A stretch of DNA of 64,000 nt. Source: Tagaea sp. (lineage in GTDB: Bacteria; Pseudomonadota; Alphaproteobacteria; CACIAM-22H2). The position numbers and the translations under genes are program-made. Below the pieces are notes generated by a model. That model was given only the letters and a program-made list of their open reading frames with translations. It had not been told where the DNA came from and did not search any database. Positions 51,726-61,666 of the stretch are shown here, piece by piece. Each line of letters starts with the position of its first letter. The first letter of the stretch is position 1. The stretch covers positions 160,001 through 224,000 of the forward strand of contig CBDIIB010000004.1 of assembly GCA_965279525.1 (NCBI GenBank). The letters run 5' to 3'.

Positions 51726-52037
51726 ATGGCAAATCCGATGCGCATCCGCGCGAACACCAAGGACGGCGTGACCGAGATCCGCGTCCTGATGAGCCACGAG
51801 ATGGAGACCGGCCAGCGGCATGGTGCGGCGGGTGCCGTCGTGCCGGCGTGGTTCATCACGGAAGTGACGGCGACGATCAACGGCCGTCAGGTGATGCAGG
51901 CCCAGTGGGGCCCGTCGATCGCCAAGAACCCGTATTACGCCTTCAAGGTGAAGGGTGGGGCGGTCGGCGACAAGGTCAGCATCACCTGGGTCGACAACCG
52001 GGGCGAGACGCGGACGGACGAGGCCGTGATCGCCTGA
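51726..52037 (+). CDS. soxZ: SoxZ
   Basis: MRIRA, LMSHEMETG, IAKNPY, GDKVSITWVDNRG. Confidence 0.95.
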   Translation: MANPMRIRANTKDGVTEIRVLMSHEMETGQRHGAAGAVVPAWFITEVTATINGRQVMQAQWGPSIAKNPYYAFKVKGGAVGDKVSITWVDNRGETRTDEAVIA

Positions 52038-52043
52038 AACAAT

Positions 52044-52148
52044 AGGTTACCACGCGTTACGGTAACGTATTTATCCCTTTGAAGTTGCAGGCATGTTACT
52101 GCAACGGCACTCGGTGCAACCAAAACCTATTCACTTGTCAAAGAGCGC
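52044..52148 (-). repeat. Conserved noncoding element, copy 2 (inverted relative to copy 1)
   Basis: Reverse complement aligns to 14774-14879; identical 31-bp block at 52056-52086 and 14-bp block at 52093-52106. Confidence 0.92.
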
Positions 52149-52249
52149 GTCGACCAGTCGACAGACTCTGCCAGAATATCATCCGTAATTCAAGAAAATA
52201 AGCCCACTACATTTGCAAGATCGGCTTGACGGGCACTTCGATTTCATCA

Positions 52250-52273
52250 ATATTCATCCATATGGTTGAATAT
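52250..52273. promoter_or_regulatory. ArsR operator overlapping the start codon
   Basis: ATATTCATCCAT-ATGGTTGAATAT (one mismatch); TTGACG at 52226 suggests a near-leaderless transcript. Confidence 0.75.
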
Positions 52274-52612
52274 CAATCCAGACATCTCGATGCGGTCTTC
52301 AAGGCGGTGGCCGATCCCACACGCCGGGCGATCCTTGCGCGGCTCGCTTCGGCCGACGCCCGCGTGACCGACATCGCGAAGGACTTCCCGATGTCGCTGA
52401 ACGCGGTGTCGAAGCACCTGCGCGTTCTCGAAGGTGCCGCACTCGTCCGGCGCACCGTCGTCGGGCGCGAGCATGTGCTGGCCCTCAATGCCGAGGCGAT
52501 GGCCGAGGCGGCGGGCTGGATGGACCATTACCGGCGGTTCTGGGAAGAGCGGCTGGCCGCCCTTGACGCATTGATGACCGAGCGATCCAAAATGAAAGGC
52601 AAGCGCAAATGA
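52262..52612 (+). CDS. ArsR/SmtB-family regulator
   Basis: VADPTRRAIL, MSLNAVSKHLRVLE, FWEERL. Confidence 0.9.
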   Translation: MVEYQSRHLDAVFKAVADPTRRAILARLASADARVTDIAKDFPMSLNAVSKHLRVLEGAALVRRTVVGREHVLALNAEAMAEAAGWMDHYRRFWEERLAALDALMTERSKMKGKRK

Positions 52613-53085
52613 AAGCCGCAACCGAGACGCCCGTGCCCGCGATCACCATCCGCCGCGAGTTCGCGGTCCCCGCGGGCGAACTGTTCGACGCCTGGCTCGA
52701 TCCCGAACTGCTGGCGGCCTGGATGCGGCCCGGCAGCTTTCCGCCGTCGATCGTGCGTAATGATCCGCGCGAAGGCGGCACGTTCGAGATCCGCATGCAG
52801 GGGCCAAGCGGCGAGATCCTACATAGCGGCGTCTACCGCACGATCGACCGGCCGCGCCGGCTGGTCTTCACGTGGATCTCGGTGCACACGCTCGAGCGCG
52901 AGACGCTGGTGACCGTCGATTTCCACGCGCGGGGCACGTCGACCGAAATTATCCTGAAGCACGAGATGTTCCCGGACGCGGAGGCCGCGCGCAAGCACGA
53001 GGGCGGCTGGACACAGATCCTCGAAAATCTCAGGGGCACCGGGAATCCCGCCGCGGCACCCAGCTGCGGCGTGTCCGCCGCCTGA
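52609..53085 (+). CDS. SRPBCC/AHSA1 domain protein
   Basis: LFDAWLDP, DPREGG, RLVFTW, HEGGW. Confidence 0.9.
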   Translation: MKAATETPVPAITIRREFAVPAGELFDAWLDPELLAAWMRPGSFPPSIVRNDPREGGTFEIRMQGPSGEILHSGVYRTIDRPRRLVFTWISVHTLERETLVTVDFHARGTSTEIILKHEMFPDAEAARKHEGGWTQILENLRGTGNPAAAPSCGVSAA

Positions 53086-53089
53086 CGCG

Positions 53090-54109
53090 TCAGCGCAGCA
53101 GCGCCACGCGGCCCGGATCGATCGTCACGCCGACCGGGGCGTCGACCGCGAAGGTCGGCGCCTCGCGATGGTGGACCGTGTCGACGATGATGCGATGCGG
53201 GCCGACCGCGACGGCATAGCGCACGGTGCCGCCGAGGAACTCGCGATGCAGGACACGGCCCGCACCGCCGGCCGATAGCTGGACGTCCTGCGGCCGGAAC
53301 GAGAGGCAGGCCGCACCGGCGGCCCCCTCGATCCGGTCGAGCGCGAACCCGTCGGCCGAGAAACGGCCCGCCGGATCGAGAGTCCCTTCGATCAGGTTGG
53401 CCGTGCCGAGGAATGCCGCGACGAAGCGGTTCGCGGGCCGGTCATAAAGTGAAATCGGCGGGCCGATCTGCTGGATACGGCCGCCGTCGAGTACGGCAAT
53501 GCGGTCGGCGACGGCGTTCGCCTCTTCCTGGTCGTGGGTGACGTAGATCGTCGTCAGGCCGAGCTTGCGCTGGAGGGTGGCAATTTCCTGGCGCATCTCG
53601 ACGCGCAGCTTGGCGTCGAGATTGGAAAGCGGCTCGTCGAGCAGCAGCACCTCGGGTTCGATCACCAGCGTGCGGGCGAGCGCCACGCGCTGCTGCTGGC
53701 CGCCGGAAAGCTGCGCCGGCCGCCGCTCGGAAAGTTCGGAAAGCCCGACGAGTTCGAGGACGCCGCGCACCTTCTTCGCGATGTCGCCGCGCGCCATGCC
53801 CCGCTGCTCGAGCCCGAACGCGACGTTGCCCGCCACCGTCATGTGGGGCCACAGCGCATAGCTCTGGAAGACCATGCCGACATTGCGCTTCCACGGCGGC
53901 GTGCTCGTCACGTCGCGGGTTCCGACCCGGATCGTGCCGGATGACGGCACGCCGAAGCCGGCGACGAGGCGCAGCAGGGTCGTCTTGCCGGACCCTGACG
54001 GCCCGAGGAACGCGAAGAACTCGCCCTTGGCGACCTCGAGCGACACGTCGTCGAGAATTGGCGTGCTGCCGTAGTCGAAAGATACGCGGTCAATCGTAAC
54101 GCCTGTCAT
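53090..54109 (-). CDS. FbpC/AfuC-like ABC ATPase
   Basis: [26 protein letters not shown]. Confidence 0.9.
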   Translation of the reverse strand: MTGVTIDRVSFDYGSTPILDDVSLEVAKGEFFAFLGPSGSGKTTLLRLVAGFGVPSSGTIRVGTRDVTSTPPWKRNVGMVFQSYALWPHMTVAGNVAFGLEQRGMARGDIAKKVRGVLELVGLSELSERRPAQLSGGQQQRVALARTLVIEPEVLLLDEPLSNLDAKLRVEMRQEIATLQRKLGLTTIYVTHDQEEANAVADRIAVLDGGRIQQIGPPISLYDRPANRFVAAFLGTANLIEGTLDPAGRFSADGFALDRIEGAAGAACLSFRPQDVQLSAGGAGRVLHREFLGGTVRYAVAVGPHRIIVDTVHHREAPTFAVDAPVGVTIDPGRVALLR

Positions 54110-55845
54110 ATCGCCATTCCGCTTCGTGTCCGTTTTGCCCGGTCCTGCTCCGCCACGCGGTACGAGAACCACGTCGCCACCGCGACCACCACGACCGCGA
54201 CGACACCCAGTGCCGCACCCGGCCCGCGTCCCGCCGGCGACTGCATGTAGACATAGATGCCGTAGGAAAGCGGGGCGTTCGCGTCGCGCGTGACGAGCAG
54301 CAGCGTCGCCGAAAGCTCGACGGCGGCGGTGGCGAAGCTCGTCACGAAGCCTGCGAGGATGCCGCCGGCCATCAGCGGCACGACGATGCGTGTCAGCGTC
54401 GATGATTTCGTCGCGCCGAGATTCTCGGCCGCTTCCTCGAGGCTCTGGTGGAGCTGCTGGAGAGCGGCCGTGCACGAGCGCAGCGCATAGGGAAGACGGC
54501 GCACCGAATAGGCGATGGCCAGCATCAGCCAGAAGGTCGCCAACGATCCGGCCCCGAAGGGAAGGTCGACCGAAAAATAGGTCCGCAGGATGCCGATGCC
54601 GAGCACGAGGCCGGGGACCGCGACCGCCGCCATCGCGATCTGGTCGAGCAGGTTGCGCCCCGGCAGGCCGGTGCGCATGGCGATGTACGCGATCATCGTG
54701 CCGAGGACCACGTCGATCAGCGCGGCGATGCCGCAATAGAGCACCGTGTTGACCATGAAGCCGCCGGCATCGCGGAAGACCGTCGAGTAGTGCGCGAAGG
54801 TGAACGCGTCGGGCAGGACGCTGAACGACCAGATCGTGCCGAAGGACAGCAGCAGGATGCCGAAATGGGGGCTGAGTGCGAGCAGCAGGACGAAGACGAT
54901 GAAGCCATAGGCCAGCACGGCCTCGCCCTTGCCCAGATCGCGCCGGGCAAGCCCGCCGCCGCCGCGCTGCTGGGTGGCATAGTCGCGGTTGCGCAGCGAT
55001 AGCATCGACAGCCAGACGGCCACCACCGACAGCACGACGAGGATCGTCGAGATCACGTAGCCCATCGGGTCGGCAAGCCCGACCGACGTGACGCGCAGAT
55101 AAGCCTGCGGAGCGAGCATGTTGGTGACGTTGAGCAGGAGCGGGGTGGCAAGATCGTCGAACACCTTGGCGAAGACGAGGGCCGCACCCGCGATGTATCC
55201 GGGCATGGCGAGCGGAAAAACGATGCGCGAGAAGAGCCGCCAGCCCGAAGCGCCCAGGTTCTGCGCCGACTCCTCCATCGCGGAATCGATGTTGGCGAGC
55301 GAGGCGGAAAGGTTGAGCAGGATGAACGGGAAATAGTGCAGCCCTTCGACGAAGATGACGCCGTTGAGCCCTTCCATGAACGGGATCCGGAAGCCGAACC
55401 AGTCCATCAGCAGCAGGTTGATCGAGCCGTTCCGGCCATAGACGAGCTGCATGGCGACGGCGCCCACGAACGGGGGCATCACCAGCGGGATGACGCCGAG
55501 CGTCTGGATCAGCGCGGCGCCGCGGAAGCGGAAACGGACCGTGAAATAGGCGAGCGGCACGGCGAGCAGCGTGGCGAAGGCCACCGTCATCACGGCGACA
55601 TAGATCGAGTTCCACGTGGACTCGATCATGATGGAGGTGCGGAAGAAATCTGCGAAGTGGACCAGCGTGAACCCGCTGCCGTCCCAGAACGCGATGAAGA
55701 CGACGCTGGCGACTGGTACGATCAGGAACGCGACGAGGAACGCCGCGACGATGCCCGCACAGACGAGGTGGAAGGGCGTCGCCCGCCAGCGCGCCAGAAG
55801 CGACGCGCGCCGGCGGGGAACGGCATTTGCCAGGGCGCCGTTCAA
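54106..55845 (-). CDS. FbpB/AfuB-like double-domain ABC permease
   Basis: Two EAA loops (MEESAQNLGA, LEEAAENLGA); TTG start overlapping SBP stop. Confidence 0.88.
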   Translation of the reverse strand: MNGALANAVPRRRASLLARWRATPFHLVCAGIVAAFLVAFLIVPVASVVFIAFWDGSGFTLVHFADFFRTSIMIESTWNSIYVAVMTVAFATLLAVPLAYFTVRFRFRGAALIQTLGVIPLVMPPFVGAVAMQLVYGRNGSINLLLMDWFGFRIPFMEGLNGVIFVEGLHYFPFILLNLSASLANIDSAMEESAQNLGASGWRLFSRIVFPLAMPGYIAGAALVFAKVFDDLATPLLLNVTNMLAPQAYLRVTSVGLADPMGYVISTILVVLSVVAVWLSMLSLRNRDYATQQRGGGGLARRDLGKGEAVLAYGFIVFVLLLALSPHFGILLLSFGTIWSFSVLPDAFTFAHYSTVFRDAGGFMVNTVLYCGIAALIDVVLGTMIAYIAMRTGLPGRNLLDQIAMAAVAVPGLVLGIGILRTYFSVDLPFGAGSLATFWLMLAIAYSVRRLPYALRSCTAALQQLHQSLEEAAENLGATKSSTLTRIVVPLMAGGILAGFVTSFATAAVELSATLLLVTRDANAPLSYGIYVYMQSPAGRGPGAALGVVAVVVVAVATWFSYRVAEQDRAKRTRSGMAI

Positions 55846-57182
55846 CGTGCGCTGGCGGCGCGCTCGGCGAGCGACTTCGCCTCGGCGTAGTTGCGGCGCG
55901 CGAAGGCATCCCACTGTTCTTCGAACTCGGCCTGGCGGGCGGCGACCGGCTTGTCCTTCTGCTTCTCCTGGAACGAGCCGGCGATCTGCGGATCGATCGC
56001 CTGGGCTTCGGTCACCGGCACGCTCGTCGCGAGGCGGCGTGCTTCGGCCAGCAGCCTTGCCCCCTCGGTCGACTTGCTGCGCGCGACGGCGGCCGTCGCG
56101 GCGTGGATCGCCTTCCAGGCCTCGGTCAGTTCCTTGAGGCGGAAGGTGATGAGCCGGTCGAACAGCGAGTTCAGCAGTTCGTAGCGCGTTTCCGACGCAT
56201 CGTTGTTGAACACGACGCGCGAGCCCAGGCTCGTGTCCTTGAAGGGGTTCGGGTAGCCGGCGGGCGCCTTGTCGTAGATCGACGTGCGCACCGGCAGGCG
56301 CTGGATCTTGGGATCGAGCAGCAGCGTCTGTCCGTCTTCCGACAGCAGGAACTCGACGAAGGCGCGCGCGGCGTTCGGGCTGCGCGAACCGGCGACGATG
56401 CCGATATTGGCGGGCACCATCGTCGTGATCGTCGGATAGACGAATTCGACCGGGAAGCCCGACGCCTTCGCCGACAGGCCGAAGAAGTCGATCACGATGC
56501 CGACGCCGTACTGGCCCGAATTGACCGCATCGGGCACGCCGAAGCTGCGGTCGGAGACAGACGCAAAGTTGCCGGCGATCTCGAGCATGCTTGCCCAGCC
56601 TTTGGCCCAGCCTTCGCCCTGCAGGATCGTCTCGACCGTCAGGTGCGTGGTGCCCGAGCGCGAGGGGGCCGAAATGCCGACATGCCCGAAATAGGCCGGG
56701 TTCTTGAGGTCGTCCCACTCCTTGGGTGCTGCCAGGCCGTTCGCACGCATATAGCGCGTGTTGTACATGATGCCGTAACCCGACGCGGCGAAGCCGAAAT
56801 AATAGCCTTCGGGATCGTTGACGGGAGCAGGGCCCACGCGTTGGGCGATGCCGGTGGCGACCGGCGTATATTTCTGGAGAAGGTTGCCCTTCTTCAGCAC
56901 CTCGAACGCGTCGGGTGCCGAGGCCCAGAACATGTCGGGCGGATTGCTGCGGGTCTCGCGGATGAACGAAACGCCGGCCGTCGTCGACCGGCTCTGGATC
57001 TCGACCTTCGTGCCGGGATTCTTCTTCTGGAAGGCGTCGACGAACGGGCCGGTCACGTCGCGCGAGAACGACGTGACGATGACAAGCTTCTCCTCGAGCG
57101 TTTGTGCCATCGAAGGTGCGGCGGCGAGCAGCGGGGCAAGGGCGGCAAGGGCGAGGATCTGGCGGCGCGTGTTGCGGGGCAT
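55842..57182 (-). CDS. PgtC/AfuA-like substrate-binding protein
   Basis: VTSFS, FWASAPDAF, PSRSGTTHLTVETILQ, VIDFF. Confidence 0.8.
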   Translation of the reverse strand: MPRNTRRQILALAALAPLLAAAPSMAQTLEEKLVIVTSFSRDVTGPFVDAFQKKNPGTKVEIQSRSTTAGVSFIRETRSNPPDMFWASAPDAFEVLKKGNLLQKYTPVATGIAQRVGPAPVNDPEGYYFGFAASGYGIMYNTRYMRANGLAAPKEWDDLKNPAYFGHVGISAPSRSGTTHLTVETILQGEGWAKGWASMLEIAGNFASVSDRSFGVPDAVNSGQYGVGIVIDFFGLSAKASGFPVEFVYPTITTMVPANIGIVAGSRSPNAARAFVEFLLSEDGQTLLLDPKIQRLPVRTSIYDKAPAGYPNPFKDTSLGSRVVFNNDASETRYELLNSLFDRLITFRLKELTEAWKAIHAATAAVARSKSTEGARLLAEARRLATSVPVTEAQAIDPQIAGSFQEKQKDKPVAARQAEFEEQWDAFARRNYAEAKSLAERAASAR

Positions 57183-57349
57183 CGGTTTCCTCCGGCAGGG
57201 GTACGGGACGGCTCATGGGGGTTGGCCGTCGTTCAGTCACGAAACTGTCATTTTTCCGCCCGGCCATCAAGGATACCGGATCGAACTGGCAAGCTGGCTG
57301 CCCGGACAGCGCCGGATTAGGCTTCCCGGCGAAACGGAAGGTGGGGGAT

Positions 57350-58384
57350 ATGACGCGTCCGATCCGGCTCGCAGTGCTTGGCGCCGGCCTTATCGGCCAG
57401 CGGCACGCCGAACACATCCTTGCCGCACCCGAAGCGGAGCTTGCGGCGATCGTCGATCCGGCCGCGTCCGCCGAGGCATTCGCCGCGCGTCTGGGCGTGC
57501 GGCATTTCGCGAGCCTGGGCGGACTGCTTTCGGCCGACCGGCCCGACGGTCTCGTCATCGCCACGCCGACGCGCATGCATGTCGAGAACGGACTGGAAGC
57601 GGTCGCGGCCGGCATTCCCGTCCTCGTCGAGAAACCGATCGCCGACGATGTCGCATCCGCAACGCGACTGGTGGCGGCGGCCGAAGCTGCCGGCGTGAAG
57701 CTGCTGGTCGGCCACCACCGCCGGCACAACCCGATGATCGGCTCGGCAAAGGCGCTGATCGATTCCGGAAAACTGGGCCGGATTGTCGCCGTGCACGGAT
57801 TCTTCTGGCTGATGAAGCCCGACGACTATTTCGATGTCGCGTGGCGCCGCCAGGCCGGTGCCGGCCCCGTGCTGACCAACTTCATCCACGACATCGACCT
57901 GCTGCGACATCTGTGCGGCGAGGTGGAGCTTGTCCAGGCGCTGTCGTCGAACGCGGTGCGCTCCAACGAGGTGGAGGAGACGTGCGTGGTGCTGCTTCGC
58001 TTCGCGAACGGCGTGCTCGGCACCGTGTCCGTCTCTGACACGATCGTGGCGCCGTGGAGTTGGGAGCAGACGACCGGCGAGAACCCGGTCTATCCGCAGA
58101 CCGACCAGTCCTGCTACCACATCGGCGGCACGCACGGCTCGCTGTCGATCCCGCGGCTGGAGGTCTGGTCGAACGCCGGCAAGCGGAGCTGGTGGGAGCC
58201 GTTGCATGCCGAACGCATCCACGCGCCCGCCGAAGATCCGCTGCGCCTCCAGATCGCGCATTTCTGCCGCGTGGTCGGCGCCGGCGAAGCACCGCTCGTC
58301 TCGGGACGCGAAGGGCTCGAAACGCTGAAGGTCGTTGCTGCCGTGCAGGAAGCCATTCGCACGGGCGCTTCGGTCCGGTGCTAG
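57350..58384 (+). CDS. Gfo/Idh/MocA oxidoreductase
   Basis: GAGLIGQRH, VEKP, GHHRRHNP, IHDIDL. Confidence 0.9.
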   Translation: MTRPIRLAVLGAGLIGQRHAEHILAAPEAELAAIVDPAASAEAFAARLGVRHFASLGGLLSADRPDGLVIATPTRMHVENGLEAVAAGIPVLVEKPIADDVASATRLVAAAEAAGVKLLVGHHRRHNPMIGSAKALIDSGKLGRIVAVHGFFWLMKPDDYFDVAWRRQAGAGPVLTNFIHDIDLLRHLCGEVELVQALSSNAVRSNEVEETCVVLLRFANGVLGTVSVSDTIVAPWSWEQTTGENPVYPQTDQSCYHIGGTHGSLSIPRLEVWSNAGKRSWWEPLHAERIHAPAEDPLRLQIAHFCRVVGAGEAPLVSGREGLETLKVVAAVQEAIRTGASVRC

Positions 58385-59046
58385 GCGCAGGCGGCGAGGA
58401 TGTCGCCGATCTGGCTTGAAAGGGCGCCCTTGGTGGGCGCGAACGAGCCGTCGAGGACGGCCGAGCCGACCGTGAACGCGTCGGCACCGGCTTTCGCGAG
58501 TTCGCGGATCTGTGCGGCCGAGTTCACGCTGCCCGCGACGATCAGCGTGCCGCCCGAAAGGTTGCCGCGCGCCGCGCGCACCAACGCGATCGGGTCGGCT
58601 TCGGTGGCGCGGTAGGCGAGCAGGTCGACGCCGCCGCAGCCCTGCTTGCGCGCTTCGCGGCAATGCTCGCCGACCAGTTCGGGCGAACCGCCGAGCTTCG
58701 TGGGGTGTCCCGCCGGCCTGCCGGGAAACGGATAGTAGCTGGCGAGATCGCCGAGGACCGACTTGGCGGCCGCCAGATCCGTGCCGCCGAGGATGCGGTC
58801 CACGCCCAGCTTGCGCCCGGCCGAAAGCGAGCCGAGCACGGTCTGCGGCGAGGTGCTGACGACCTCGAGATACGAGACGGCACCGGCCGCGCGGATCTTC
58901 GCGACGAGGCGTTGCATCACCTCAAACGGCACGCCGACATCCTTGAAGCCGATATGCCGCACGCCGAGTGCGATGATCGCGTCGACGAGCGTGTCGGCAT
59001 CCTCGACCGTGCGGTCGCTGCGGGTCAGCATCATGATGAAGTCCAT
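58381..59046 (-). CDS. Uncharacterised phosphate-binding TIM-barrel protein
   Basis: IGFKDVG, YLEVVS, DLLAYR, IVAGSV, FTVGSA C-terminal phosphate-binding pattern. Confidence 0.7.
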   Translation of the reverse strand: MDFIMMLTRSDRTVEDADTLVDAIIALGVRHIGFKDVGVPFEVMQRLVAKIRAAGAVSYLEVVSTSPQTVLGSLSAGRKLGVDRILGGTDLAAAKSVLGDLASYYPFPGRPAGHPTKLGGSPELVGEHCREARKQGCGGVDLLAYRATEADPIALVRAARGNLSGGTLIVAGSVNSAAQIRELAKAGADAFTVGSAVLDGSFAPTKGALSSQIGDILAACA

Positions 59047-59072
59047 CGTGGCTTGCTCCTTGAAGGTCGCGT

Positions 59073-60305
59073 TCAGTCGATTTCGATCGTCGCGCGCTGC
59101 CCGTGATCGCCCTTCAACGTGGCGAAGGCGGCCGGGTCCATCGCGATCCGGCGCAGGCGCAGGGCCGCGACGCCGGAGCGGCACCAGCGTTCGATGCCGC
59201 CTTCGGCGAGCCTCAGGCGGCCGCGCACGGCATCGGCGTTGGCGCGCAGGCTGACTGGGAGCGGCGCCACGGGTTCGTCCGGCGAACGGAACTGGGGCAC
59301 GATGTAGCCCACACCGGCACCGGCCACGATGCGCGTCGCGGCACCCCGCCAGGCCGTCGGCTGGCGCAGGAACGCGGCGGCGTTGGCGCCGACGCATGCA
59401 CCTTCGATCGCGGCCCATCCGCTGCTCTCGACCGCCCGCAGCACGTTTCCCGCGGCGAAGACGCCGGGAAGGTTCGTGCGCCCGTGCTGGTCGACGAGCG
59501 GCCCGCCGGTGTCGGGATCGATGTCGTCAGCCAACAGCAGGGTTGCGTCGGGAACGAAGTCGCCGGTGAAGACGATCGTGTCGCATTCGATGCGGCGGAT
59601 ACCGGCGGGGCCGCGCACGAAGACGGCCTCGACACGCGCCGAACCCGCGATGTCCTCGATGCACGACGCGAGATGGATCGGGATGCCGAGGCCGCGCGCG
59701 ATCCAGCCGGCGGCGGGATACGACAGGATCCGGTCTTCGGAACCGACCATCGCGACGACTTCGAGGCCGGCGTGGCGTGCCGTCAGCAGGACCGAGAACG
59801 CGACATGCTCGGTCCCGACGACGACGGCACGCTTGCCGCCGACAGGCACACCGCGCGCGACCATCTGCTGCAACTGGCCGGTCGTCAGCACGCCGCGTTC
59901 GGGCCGTCGGCCGGGGACGAGCCGGGCGCTGCGCGGCCTTTCGCGGATGCCGGTCGCCAGCACGACGACGCGCGGGCGCAGGCATTGGTGTCCGGTTTCG
60001 GGACCGAGGATCTCGATTTCGGGGCCGGAGCGCAGTGCGAGTGCCGATGTCCGCGTCGCCACGGTCACGATGGCGGGATCGAGGGCGCCGATCATCCGCT
60101 TCGCGAAACCGGGACCCGTCTGGAGGCGGCGGGTGAACTCCCATCCGAAGCCCGGATGCCGGCAGAAGCGCGGCAGGCCGCCGGCCGCATCATCGCGGTC
60201 GATGACGAGAACTGAACTGGCACCGCCGCGGGCGAGCGCCTGTGCGGCGGCAAGTCCCGCAGGGCCTGCACCGATGACGATCGCGGGCGGGTCGAACCGG
60301 GTCAT
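59073..60305 (-). CDS. NAD(P)/FAD-dependent oxidoreductase (partner of the GlpA-like protein)
   Basis: IGAGPAG, CRHPGFG, LATGIRERP, FAAGNV. Confidence 0.85.
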   Translation of the reverse strand: MTRFDPPAIVIGAGPAGLAAAQALARGGASSVLVIDRDDAAGGLPRFCRHPGFGWEFTRRLQTGPGFAKRMIGALDPAIVTVATRTSALALRSGPEIEILGPETGHQCLRPRVVVLATGIRERPRSARLVPGRRPERGVLTTGQLQQMVARGVPVGGKRAVVVGTEHVAFSVLLTARHAGLEVVAMVGSEDRILSYPAAGWIARGLGIPIHLASCIEDIAGSARVEAVFVRGPAGIRRIECDTIVFTGDFVPDATLLLADDIDPDTGGPLVDQHGRTNLPGVFAAGNVLRAVESSGWAAIEGACVGANAAAFLRQPTAWRGAATRIVAGAGVGYIVPQFRSPDEPVAPLPVSLRANADAVRGRLRLAEGGIERWCRSGVAALRLRRIAMDPAAFATLKGDHGQRATIEID

Positions 60306-61666
60306 GGCGCGGACAGGCTCTCGAACAGGACCTGGACGCGCGCGGCGCAGTGGAAGCCCTGGCAGCGCCCGAACATCGCGCGCGTGCGCCGCTTCAGCGC
60401 CTTGAGCGAGCGCGGGGCGAGCGGCGAGGCCATCGCGTCGCGGATCTCGCCCTTCGTGATGCCTTCGCAATGGCAGATGATCTCGCCATATGCCGGATCG
60501 TCGGAACTCTGCCAGGGCCGCGCATCGCCGGCCCGCAGGCTGGGGACGCGCACCGGCACCGTCGCGGCCTTGCGTGTCGCACGTTTCATTTCGGGGAGCA
60601 CGAGGCCGGCGACGTGCTCAGCGATCCCGAGGGCACCGGACAGACCGGTCGAGCGGATGCCCCCGACCGTCACCCAGTTTTCCGCGACGCGCGGGATGAT
60701 CCTGTATTCTGGCCTTTCCGTCCCGGGTCGCACGCCGCAATAGGTCGCGGTGATTTCGTGTCCGGCGAGTGCGGGCAGGATCCGGTGTGCCGCTTCGACA
60801 AGCGTGGCCAGGCCCTCACGCGTCGTGCGCCAGTCGTCCGGATCGTCGATCTCCTCGGCGGTCGGACCGACGAGAATGTTTCCGAAAATCGTCGGCGCCA
60901 TCAGGATGCCGCGATAGGTGGGCGAGGGGACCGGCTTCACGATCACGTCGAGGAGCGGGCGTGCGCTCTTGTCGTAGACGAGGAACTGGCCGCGACGCGG
61001 CCGGCCGACGAAATCCGCATATCCGGCCATCGTCTCGACCCGGTCGGCCCACAGGCCGGCGCAGTTGACGACCATGCCGGCCAAGACCGGTCCGTGCGGC
61101 GTTTCGAGTGCCCATCCGCCTTCGCCGCGCGTCGCCGCCGTGACGGGTGACGACGCGCGGAATTCGACGCCGTTGGCGATCGCGTCGAGCGCGTAGGCAT
61201 AGGGCGTGGAAAACGGATCGACGAGGCCTTCGTCGGGCTCCCAGATGGCGCCACAAGCGCCGGGCGCAAGGTCGGGCGCACGCGCATAGATCCCGTCGGG
61301 ACCGACGAGCGATCCCGAGCCGAAGCCGGCGGCGAGCATCTCGTCGTGCATGGTGTGGAGCCGGCGCATCTCGTCTTCGCTCCATGCGACGGTCAGGCTG
61401 CCGGTCGCAAGGAACGGCAGGCCCATCGACGGCGCTTCGGCGAGATAGCGCGCGTGGCCGCGCGTGACGAGCCGGCATTCGAGCGTGCCGAACGGCGTGT
61501 CGGCCCCGGTCGACAGGATGGCGGAGTTTCCCTTGCTCGCCCCGTCGCCAAGATCGCTGCGCGCCTCGATCAGGATCGTGCGCATGTCGTAGCGCGAGAA
61601 TTCGCGCGCGATGGCACAGCCGACCACGCCGGCGCCAACGATGGCGATGTCGTAGCGCCCGTTCAT
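60302..61666 (-). CDS. GlpA/LhgO-like FAD oxidoreductase with C-terminal BFD-like [2Fe-2S] domain
   Basis: VGAGVVG, ASKGNSA, LVGPTA, GIRSTGL, CHCE...GRCQGFHC. Confidence 0.85.
   Translation of the reverse strand: MNGRYDIAIVGAGVVGCAIAREFSRYDMRTILIEARSDLGDGASKGNSAILSTGADTPFGTLECRLVTRGHARYLAEAPSMGLPFLATGSLTVAWSEDEMRRLHTMHDEMLAAGFGSGSLVGPDGIYARAPDLAPGACGAIWEPDEGLVDPFSTPYAYALDAIANGVEFRASSPVTAATRGEGGWALETPHGPVLAGMVVNCAGLWADRVETMAGYADFVGRPRRGQFLVYDKSARPLLDVIVKPVPSPTYRGILMAPTIFGNILVGPTAEEIDDPDDWRTTREGLATLVEAAHRILPALAGHEITATYCGVRPGTERPEYRIIPRVAENWVTVGGIRSTGLSGALGIAEHVAGLVLPEMKRATRKAATVPVRVPSLRAGDARPWQSSDDPAYGEIICHCEGITKGEIRDAMASPLAPRSLKALKRRTRAMFGRCQGFHCAARVQVLFESLSAP

Noticed and set aside
52031-53085. 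CGCCTGA flanking cassette 2 as a target-site duplication
   Set aside because: It is Ala-stop (GCC TGA), which ends several genes here (e.g. 14711, 46889), so chance is likely
57286-57301. Sigma-54-like TGGCAAGCTGGCTGC upstream of the Gfo/Idh/MocA gene
   Set aside because: Poor -12 match and no enhancer evidence
54106-57729. 1207-aa ORF and similar giant ORFs (15909-18602, 53090-55909, 44217-46739, 7796-9973)
   Set aside because: Upstream extensions or antisense shadows of real genes in GC-rich DNA; true starts show RBS or stop-start overlaps
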